Source: Phoronis australis
Taxonomy: Eukaryota; Animalia; Phoronida
Length of the DNA stretch: 58,864 nucleotides
NCBI GenBank assembly: GCA_002633005.1
Contig: NMRA01000039.1
Span: 1,308,140 to 1,367,003, forward strand
Direction of reading: 5' to 3'
Part shown: positions 11,171 to 20,420 of the stretch, piece by piece
Numbering within the stretch: the first letter of the stretch is position 1
Layout of the letters: every line of letters starts with the position of its first letter
Made by a program: the position numbers and the translations under genes
Notes under the pieces: generated by a model
The model's database searches: none
What the model was told of the DNA's origin: nothing
Seen by the model: the letters and a program-made list of their open reading frames with translations, nothing else

Positions 11171-11742
11171 TACAGTGTTACAGTAGATACTGCAGGCACC
11201 CAATTTCCACCACTTAGCAGCCCACTCAATATTCATCCCCTAGAACACCACATTTTTCGACCCTTCAGGTAGCTACAATTCTCAAGCTACACCCCTCACT
11301 TTGTTTACATACTAATTTTTTCTTCCCCATTTCCCTTTTTGAGGTGGGACCCCACACAACTTGAAGGTCCTAAGCCATTCAGATCACCTTGGGTATATTC
11401 GGGGCCTCAAATTTCTCATTGGAGGTGAATTTAACCTGCGTGATTATCAAATTTAGTGGAGAATGATTGGCCATAAAGTTCGAGCATGCACTGAAAACAT
11501 TAACTTCCAAGGGCATCCAGAACACCTCGGGTGTTTTTGTAACCTCAAATTTCACCTAATAGGTGACTTCAGTTTGCCTATTGTTGCCAAGATTGAAAAT
11601 CACGTGACTTGCCATATTTTGGATAACGTTCATCTCCGAGAGGAGATTTGAGGCTACGAAAATACCTGAAGTGTCTAAGAAAAATTTGTAAATGTAAATA
11701 GGGAAATAGCAGAGGGGCTCCAGATGTTCCGGGGGTAAATTT

Positions 11743-13152
11743 TTTTTTTCTTTTTTTTGTCAAAAAGTTTTATTGTTATCGTAATGCAAATACAATAAAG
11801 CCAAACAGTATAAACATTCACGCACACAGTCACGCTCACATTCATACACAGGGGGGCCATTGGTTGTATGTAGTGTAAATTAAAATAAAGGTGCTAGAGG
11901 GGCCCATCGTTCCTCGAAGTCGAGATACCTGCACTGGTTATAGTACATAACCTTTTCTACTTTGTAGTAATCAAAAACAGAATGTTTAAAAAGTGCAAAA
12001 CATGGTTCTACATTCTGAAGTCTTTGCTTGTGTATGTGGTACTTGCCTAAACATAAAAGTAGATTTATGATTTTTGGTCCATTAAAGGAGCCAAAAATTA
12101 CGTAAAAATGATCAAGTTTCATATCAATTCCGCANNNNNNNNNNNNNNNNNNNNNNNNNNNNNNNNNNNNNNNNNNNNNNNNNNNNNNNNNNNNNNNNNN
12201 NNNNNNNNNNNNNNNNNNNNNNNNNNNNNNNNNNNNNNNNNNNNNNNNNNNNNNNNNNNNNNNNNNNNNNNNNNNNNNNNNNNNNNNNNNNNNNNNNNNN
12301 NNNNNNNNNNNNNNNNNNNNNNNNNNNNNNNNNNNNNNNNNNNNNNNNNNNNNNNNNNNNNNNNNNNNNNNNNNNNNNNNNNNNNNNNNNNNNNNNNNNN
12401 NNNNNNNNNNNNNNNNNNNNNNNNNNNNNNNNNNNNNNNNNNNNNNNNNNNNNNNNNNNNNNNNNNNNNNNNNNNNNNNNNNNNNNNNNNNNNNNNNNNN
12501 NNNNNNNNNNNNNNNNNNNNNNNNNNNNNNNNNNNNNNNNNNNNNNNNNNNNNNNNNNNNNNNNNNNNNNNNNNNNNNNNNNNNNNNNNNNNNNNNNNNN
12601 NNNNNNNNNNNNNNNNNNNNNNNNNNNNNNNNNNNNNNNNNNNNNNNNNNNNNNNNNNNNNNNNNNNNNNNNNNNNNNNNNNNNNNNNNNNNNNNNNNNN
12701 NNNNNNNNNNNNNNNNNNNNNNNNNNNNNNNNNNNNNNNNNNNNNNNNNNNNNNNNNNNNNNNNNNNNNNNNNNNNNNNNNNNNNNNNNNNNNNNNNNNN
12801 NNNNNNNNNNNNNNNNNNNNNNNNNNNNNNNNNNNNNNNNNNNNNNNNNNNNNNNNNNNNNNNNNNTGAGACTGTCAATTTCCTGTTGTGCATTGTCCAC
12901 TTTAGTGTTCAACCCAGTCATTTGCGTTTGAATGGTGTCAATCTTCTCTAGGACACCGTCAATTTTCGCACTCAAACTAGCCTCAACTCGCAAGATTATT
13001 TCCTTAATTTCTTCAGACATCTCGTCAGTAGTACTCACAGAGTCCTTTCTAAGCGTGTACGGATATGGTTTTGGCGGCATAACATTCAAAACGGCTCTGC
13101 TTTTGCGGAGAGATTTTTAGCCGTCCATGCCGGTTTGACCGTGACCTTGACC
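11743..13152 (-). mobile_element. L1/Tx1-clade LINE, apparently full length, interior lost in the assembly gap
   Basis: 15-bp TSD tccgggggtaaattt (11728-11742 and 13153-13167) and a poly(A) tail at ~11743-11758. ORF1 starts MPPKPYPYTLRK...coiled coil (13080-12867). ORF2 ends VIFG...INLLLCLGKYHIHKQR...KVEK...FEERWAPL (12134-11880). Confidence 0.88.
12135..12866. other. assembly gap (732 N)
   Basis: Run of N; ORF-track entries spanning it are artefacts. Confidence 1.
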
Positions 13153-16100
13153 TCCGGGGGTAAATTTGTAGCTACGAAAATACCCGAGAGGTGTTCCAAA
13201 TGGGTCCTAACCTTTAGTTTTGTTCATAATCGAGTACTAGAAGAATCTCCACCCATTTAGACAGTGGCTAAAAAACATTATGTTTGTGGTCCAAGGTTTA
13301 GACTTCAATAAAAGTGTAGCCTAATGTTTCAAATGCACAATCTTTTTATAAGAGCTAATGCTAACAAATGAATCCTTTCGTAGTAATTATTGGACAGCTG
13401 TCTTTTTCACTCATGAAGCTTGAAGAAGGCGGCTTAGAGCTTCCTGTTGTGAAAAATGAGTTTGGTGTCCAAGGTTTTAAAAATACAGGTATCGTATTAA
13501 AACCCCTTTTTCAGTAGGAAAAAGGTACCATTTGCAATGTTTTTAAGTTCCAGAGTGAAATCCGTTGTATTCATGGGCAAAAAGTTTGCTTTGATAGGGA
13601 TTTTTTCAAGCACCATTTTGAAGAGATTGTTTGAGAAAAATCACCCAGTTGAGTGTCATGACTTGTATAAACCTGTGGGAGTACCCCCTTGGAATGGTTT
13701 TAGGAGGGTACTTTGAAAGCCGAAGGATGATGGAATGAACTCTATCCCTATACCTAACAATGTGTGTTGAACATCTTGGAAAGTACAAGCACAATTGTTG
13801 ATTTCAGAATGCGCTTATCAGATGGTGTCTTCTTGCTTCCAGATTTCCTTCGAATTAAATCCCTTAAAGTTGCTATAAATGCGTCTATGTGAAAAAGAAT
13901 AAATTTTGATCTGAACAACTTATCACTATACAGGAATTGAAATGACAATAAGAGGAAAAATTTTTAGGTGATTTATCATTTCACAAATAGGCTTGTGTGA
14001 TAAAAATATTTTTGTGTTGTAAAATTAAACTGAAATAAATGTTTTTGCATGAGTCAAGCCAAAAAATGATGATATTAAAGAAGCTGGAAATCAAATAAAA
14101 GGAAATAAAAACAAACAAGGAAAATTCCAAGCCCTGTATATATCCCTGTCTCAATTGTTCCTTAGTGGACTTGGAAGAATTCAAACTTTGTTATTGCTCA
14201 AAGCCATGGTTATTGCACCAGGTCTTAAGCAATAACAAACTATCCGTTCAACCGAAGCCAATATACCACGTGTAATCAGGTGACAAGGGTTGCACAATGC
14301 ATTCGAAAAGTGACAACAACGCACTGATGAAATCCTCTCATTAGGGCAGCTGTATGTCGTGGTACATATTATTATTACCTTACCTTAGCAGGCTACCTGA
14401 ACAATAGGGCTACCACACTCACATAGGTAATTTTAGTAACGCTCCCCGCATAATTGGTGTAAAATAATTTCATTGACACACAGTGATTGGTTAATTCGTG
14501 TCAACAGGCCGGCTAAAATTGGAAGCGAAAAAGGACAAAAAGCTAACATGGCCCATAGGTCCTCCAAATTGATCCAAAGACTTGAAGCGCAGTGTTGGGC
14601 AATTCACCTGTACCCACATTTATTCTAAAACGATCAATGCGTTCACATAAATGTACTTCCATCACTTATAAACATGGTTCACTGGCTCGATAAACTGACA
14701 GTTCACTGGCTCACTAGCCCGAAAAACTAGCGGCTTACGCAACCAAAAACGTGTTTGGAATCACTAACTGACACCATAGATTATAGACAACAGATTCGCA
14801 ACTCCCGACATTTTCTTCCGTGCTAGCCAAGAGGTGCCGCCACTATCCTAAATTTTCTGGTGCAGTTTCCGGTTAGTGTATTTTGACGAGAAATATTTGC
14901 ATCTACTTTACTGTCCATTACAACAAAAAATTTAGGCATTGAAACGCTGTTCAAAGTCTTGTAATAGTAGAAATGTTGGTATTGTGAGTACTTATGGCAA
15001 TGCTACTGGTAATTAATTACAAAATTCAAACTTCTGTGCCGACTGATTATGTCGTCTGCTTGTCTGCATAGTTATCGGACAGTTTGTGATTTATGGTTCA
15101 CATAGGCCTACTGAGAAAACTACGAAAGCATGTTTGTGCACAAATTCCAACTTAGAAGTACCTGTGAATGCAAAAGCTACTTATGTAACATTTTTGGTTT
15201 AGAAAAATATTAATTTTGTTAGAATTAAAAATGCGCCTCTGCAACGATTTGACTAGTTTAACCTTTGCATGTTTAAATAATTCAATATTCTCAAGTGAGC
15301 AGTTCTTCTGGGAAGTGTTGAGTGGCCCTTAAAAAGGCCGTTAGTTGTACTGTGAATGAGCCTTAGGTATAGCGTGAAATGGTTCTTAAAAGAACCGATG
15401 AATAATTCAACATAAATCACACAGTATACTGTGCTCACTCAAGTAATGAAGGTCCTCTTCATTCAAGTTTTCATCAGGAAGGTTGGATGAAAACGGAGAA
15501 GATGACAGTTGTAACACCTTATATAAATATCACCGTTCTCCAACGTTATCACGAAACCTGCCTCTTTCAGTTCTTGTTCCTGGATTCAGAAGTAACCCTG
15601 AACCATAGGGAAAAAAGACATACAACAAAAACGAATCACATTTTGAAAATCATCGCATTCGTAGGATTCCAAGTTGCTGTCGCCAGACTGATGTTCCTCC
15701 CCAACATCAATGTAGAAAATCGATGTTACAAGTGATGGAAACTTGTGTCCTTTGTTTCTAACTTTTAACCCATTTTTTAAAAAAGGGGTGTACTGAATTT
15801 GTCTAATGTTGATAGAGCATAACTTTTGGTTTTAACAATGCATTAATTGTGTTGAATGCATTCATATTAAGTGGTTTCATTGAGTTGAACAGAAAATAAA
15901 TATAACACAATAAAGTTTTGAAAATAAATAGAGCAGTAAACAGGACTCCCTAAGAATAGAGCTGTTTTCAAAAACTTTGCGCCATTGGTGATCCGATTGG
16001 TTCATGCATTTATGGCCGGAAAATAATAGACCAAGTATCACGTGTGCACTGTAGCAACACTTTGTATCTTATTCTTATTTGGCCAATCTGTTGATACAGC

Positions 16101-16559
16101 AAATTTCCTTCTTTATGCCTATCCTGATTTGACTGCAACTTGAGCTTGTTGGGTTCTATCATATATTGGGCTGGCATTGGGACCCACATGATGCTTACTC
16201 GAATGGGCTTCATTTTACCAAGTATTTCAAATTGAGGTGAAGTAAATAAACAAAGTGGGTGATTATCATCACCAGAATTTCATCATTAGTAGGCTATCTT
16301 TTGCCGGGTGCTCAAATTTTCTGACTAGGGATTGTCAGATTTGTAAGGTAGAAGTGTTTCGCTGGATTTCCAGGTCTGTGGCGTTATTTATACCGGACCG
16401 AAATTAAAAAACGAGACCTTTGTTTAAATCAGGAGCTGCATGATACACGTTTTACCAGACCTGCGCAGGCAGCGCATGTGGACCCATTGCACTGATCACT
16501 TGGAACCATTTTTATGGTTTATTAATTTTAAACCAAGCTGAGGAGCTTGAAACCTGATT

Positions 16560-16818
16560 CACGGCAATTTTTGGCAGTGGGATTTCCTGAAAAACGCTCG
16601 TAAAATAACAACAAAGTTTGGTAGCAATGCACTGCAGTTTTGTAGCAACTCTGTCATAGGTGACAGATGCGTCACAGAGCGTAAATTTGACGAATTCTAG
16701 CTTACAATTTCACCTGTTTTGGAGACCGGGTTTCAACCACTTTTGGGCTATAATAAGCGCCCCTTCCTGAAGCGGATTTTTTTAAGCGCCCTGGCCGCTT
16801 ATTAGGGCGAATATGGTA
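16560..16818 (+). mobile_element. terminal fragment of a Tc1/mariner-superfamily (pogo/Tc2-like) non-autonomous element
   Basis: Ends ...gcttattagggcgaatatgg-TA. Homologous to ~46980-47216. Confidence 0.65.
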
Positions 16819-17519
16819 ATATTTCAGAAGGGCAATACTTAGTATCCTTTATGTAGGAGAACACTTATGTTACATTAGGAGTGGGGTTGGTTCATTATGT
16901 ACCCTACAGGTGGCATAGGACTTTACAAAACTGGTTGAAGAATTTTGTTTTCGTCATAAACGTTCGTTTGAAAGGCTTAAGTTTGAAAATGTTAGGACTT
17001 AAGGCGGAAATTTAAAAACCATTTTCTGCTTACAAAAATTTAACATTGAAGAATAAAAACAACCTTCACACACCTCTGGTGTTCCTGTTCCATGTTTTCA
17101 AAGAAGTTGGTTGCACTTTCATAGACTGCAGTCGAGAGATTTTGTGCGGCATTTATTCAACATGAAATCAGTGTCTAACCTGCTGTTGAATTGCGAGATG
17201 GATTTTGACTGGTCCAGGTGGTTATTTCTGAAGTATTGATGTAATCTTTATTTATGTTAAAGGTTTTACCAGCGTTCTATTTATTTGTACACGAATGTGA
17301 ATTAGTTGAAATCGCTGATCCAAATCCTGGCCAAATGTGCGCATTCTGATGAGACCAACCGTCTGATCAGGGCCAGCGAAGAGTAATTTGGTTAATTCGC
17401 TCACTAGACTATGGGTGAAGTTCCTCGTAAGGACAAGAGTTAACGAGTCACTACCAAAAAGTTTAGCAGATAGTTTTCATCAAAACAGAGAAAACAAAAA
17501 TGGATTTGTGAAGACAGGA

Positions 17520-17744
17520 TTAAGTAGTAGGCCTACCAGAGCCTCTTAAAAAATGTTCATCTTCAAAGTGTCTTAAACAAGTGTATAAAGTCATATTGCT
17601 GAAACAACTGCCATTCACGTTGACACAAGAAATAAGCTTTTGTTTTGGCCACAGCCGATTATTGGGTCTTCGGATGGTATGAAAGATAACGCCTTTGCAT
17701 TTCGCGTGTGTAGCCGAACAACCGGCCACACAGCAGCCGACCAT
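17520..17744 (-). pseudogene. THAP zinc-finger relic of a decayed DNA transposon
   Basis: MVGCCVAGCS...VIFH...W...TCLRHFEDEHF, a C2CH THAP signature. Motif ccggaaattgcaccagaaaatttag (17766-17790) is inverted at 14848-14872. Confidence 0.75.
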
Positions 17745-17794
17745 GATTAGCAGACAACGTACTTGCCGGAAATTGCACCAGAAAATTTAGCCAG

Positions 17795-17945
17795 CCTCCC
17801 GTTCAGTAACGCTAGGACCTAGCTTAAAAGCAAGACTTTGCGAGATTACGCGAGATATTGCCGTGTATTTTAAATAAGAACACGTGACCTTGACTAGCTT
17901 TTGGCTAGATCCTAGCGTAGGTCCTAGCGTCTACTGAACGCACGC
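17795..17945. mobile_element. MITE family C (151 bp, 3-bp CWG TSD, PIF/Harbinger-like)
   Basis: TIR core gttcagta/tactgaac with TSD cag/cag. Inverted homolog at 56515-56665. Confidence 0.85.
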
Positions 17946-18645
17946 CAGGTGTCGCCAGTGAATAATGACGCAAGGGCTTGTGCGTAAGATCACAGATTTC
18001 GTCCACTGAACGTATACGGAGTTGGCGGTCCATGTACTTTAGTCTGTGCTTAAAGTAATACAATTGAAGCAGTGTAAATACCACTCAGCATGCAACCAGG
18101 ACTCAGTCGTAGGCCCTAACACCTGGAACAGGACAGTTCTGTCTCAGTTTTCAATTGCTAAGATACATGTATATCGTCTGCAACACAGGCACCGATTCCT
18201 CGCCAATATCAAACATTGTTGTCACTTGCCATCCATGCTACAGAATCCGCCAGCCAGCCAGCTAGCTGTATCAACAGACTGTCGTATATTTAGTATACAG
18301 CTTTATACCAAGGCTACAGAATCCGTAGAAATGCGACAACGTACCTGCAACAACGCTACCACAGACATACATGTATTCGCCTGAGCTGTCATCAACAGTG
18401 GCACTTATAACATCTTCGTAAAAGCAGACAACGTGTAGGCTACGCGCACCGGTCAATGACCTAGTTTCATGAAATGTGTGCAGCTACCCAATGAGGATTT
18501 TACAGTGTTATAAATTTTCTTGTTATTTATTTATTTTCGAAATATGATACAAGTTCAATGCACGATAACTGTCGTTTTCACACTGTTGTAGATGTGCTTC
18601 CGGTGAATTATATGAGCCTCTGTTAGCTACTCGCTAACGGGCAAT

Positions 18646-18718
18646 TGCCTATTAGCTGAATGGTTAGCACGCTTGCCGGGTTTTATGGGGGTCGCGGGTT
18701 CGATCCCCGGGTCGGGTA
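18646..18718 (+). promoter_or_regulatory. tRNA-like type-2 Pol III internal promoter in the 5' LTR
   Basis: A box TAGCTGAATGG (18653-18663) and B box GGTTCGATCCC (18697-18707), 44 nt apart as in tRNA. T-arm cggg/cccg. No proper anticodon arm. Confidence 0.85.
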
Positions 18719-19032
18719 ATCTCGACTATTACTACAAATGGCGTAGTCGGCAGACGGATGATCTACCGATGAAGCACTGCCAACTAGTACCCACGGACCT
18801 CGGGACAGCGCGCCTGGAAGGTTCCAGGAGTCAAGGACATGTATGAGAGACGACCTTGTGTTCACCTGTGTTGTGGTGGTAAAGGTACCAAGGCACGTTG
18901 ATGACCTGTATGCAAGACATCCTGGTGTTCAACTTCCTGTCGCGTGCCCGTTCCGTAGGAAAGGGGGGAATGTTGTAGATGTGCTTCCGGTGAATTATAT
19001 GAGCCTCTGTTAGCTACTCGCTAACGGGCAAT

Positions 19033-19105
19033 TGCCTATTAGCTGAATGGTTAGCACGCTTGCCGGGTTTTATGGGGGTCGCGGGTTCGATCCCCGGGTC
19101 GGGTA
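19033..19105 (+). promoter_or_regulatory. tRNA-like type-2 Pol III internal promoter in the 3' LTR
   Basis: Identical to 18646-18718. Confidence 0.85.
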
Positions 19106-19639
19106 ATCTCGGCTATTACTACAACACTTTTTGTCAATTTCATGTAATAAACCGTGTAACATTTAAAACTGTTTTCTTTTACTACGTAGAGTAAGTTAGC
19201 AACAGAACGCGCACGTACATACACAACAGGTCAGGGTAAAGGATTTATAAAATGCCGAAAGAAAACAAAAGAAACTCACGAATTCGACGCGGAATAATGT
19301 CTCGTGGGATACACCACGCTCGGTACGTTTTGTGTCAGTATATCTACGCCACACTCGGTACGTTTTGTGGGTTTATGAACTACTATGTAGGGCTAGTAAC
19401 TGATTTTCAATCCACCAAATTTATGTCGGAATCAATCGGAAGTCACTTCGAGTTTCTCATTGCTCTAGAGAGCGCCAAAATGAAAAGTCTACAATTTGTT
19501 TTTAATGGCCCCGGCTGTAGATACAGCTAGGCTGGGCCAATAAATGGCAAATGCCTGTCAACGTATCTAAGTGTCATGTTCTACATACAAAGTTTAAGAC
19601 GCAAGTATCGCAAGCAAGTATATAATATTTAAGGAACTT

Positions 19640-20200
19640 CATTGAAACGTGTCTCCCAACAAAAATATTTTGGTATAAACCTATCAAATGGGCTCATATT
19701 CGTGCTGTAACATAAAAGCTAATGGGAGTCTGGGCTGCTTACCCGCAGGAACTTGATGAAACTCACACAGAAATCAGTCAGAGAAACAGCATGCAAAACA
19801 ATAGTTAGACCCTGTCTCGAGTATGATTTTGCCTCTTGGGACCCCCACCGTCACCCAACAAAACATCAATACTCTCGAAAGCATCCAACGACGAGCAGTG
19901 CCACCCAAACGCTTCGTTCCCTAAGCTGGGAAACCTTGACCAACAGGCGCAGAGTTTGTCGTCTCACTACCTTCTATAGAATTCAATACACCAACACTGC
20001 AATTTGTCATCATCAGACATTAAGATTACTAATAGGACAACTCGCTGGAGGAACCAAAATTCCAATCAGCACATTCATGCCAGAACAGACGTCTACGAAT
20101 ATTCCTTATTTCCACGAACAATACGAGACTTGACACATCTTTCCTAGTCTACAACCAACGCCAGAACAACTGATTCATTTCAATCTTAAGCTGCAGTCTT
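19640..20200 (+). mobile_element. CR1/L2-group LINE 3' fragment (decayed ORF2 C-terminus)
   Basis: Frameshifted VRETACKTIVRPCLEY..SWDPH, LRSLSWETLTNRRRVCRLTTFYRI and ARTDVYEYSLFPRTIRD motifs. Confidence 0.8.
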
Positions 20201-20240
20201 CGTATATGTTGGAAACACCTACTTAGCACTTCCCCCTTGC

Positions 20241-20420
20241 CAATTGACCTATCGCCAGGACTTTGAGTGACGGCTTAACTTGACATTTAGAACGCAGCAT
20301 TATTGGCACACCTTCGTTTCCAAGCCGCCATTTTACCCGACAAACAACACGTAGCCGGGTAAAACTTATTTTTTGTTAGTCGTCATTACTCAAGAGGGCG
20401 GAGCTTCCTATTGGTCAATT
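20241..20420. mobile_element. MITE family D (CAATTGACCTATCGC...GCGATAGGTCAATTG)
   Basis: TIRs present. Internal cacaccttcgtttccaagccgccattttacccgac is shared with 26645-26833, and a partial copy ends at 22916. Confidence 0.75.

Larger units (their letters stand above)
11364..13213. mobile_element. degenerate inverted-repeat DNA element hosting the L1/Tx1 insertion
   Basis: gggta(t)ttt..gcctcaaattt motifs at ~11390 and ~11530 are mirrored by gatttgaggctacgaaaatacc (~11645) and aaatttgtagctacgaaaataccc (~13162). Confidence 0.5.
18584..19123 (+). mobile_element. TRIM (non-autonomous LTR retrotransposon) with a tRNA-derived Pol III promoter in each LTR
   Basis: LTRs 18584-18736 and 18971-19123 (153 bp, TG...CA, 1 mismatch). 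PBS TGGCGTAGTCGGCAG at 18739-18753 is complementary to the tRNA-Ser 3' end. PPT aggaaaggggggaa abuts the 3' LTR. TSD acac/acac. No coding capacity. Confidence 0.95.

Noticed and set aside
11880-13089. long ORFs of 253-337 aa
   Set aside because: Read-through of the N gap; only the flanking LINE ORF1 and ORF2 pieces are real.
14325-14400. box C/D snoRNA (TGATGA...CTGA)
   Set aside because: No terminal stem and no rRNA complement that I could recognise. The same applies to a similar motif at ~6275.
18646-18718. functional tRNA genes (also 19033-19105)
   Set aside because: A/B boxes and T-arm are present, but there is no anticodon arm, the acceptor stem is poor, and both copies lie inside LTRs.
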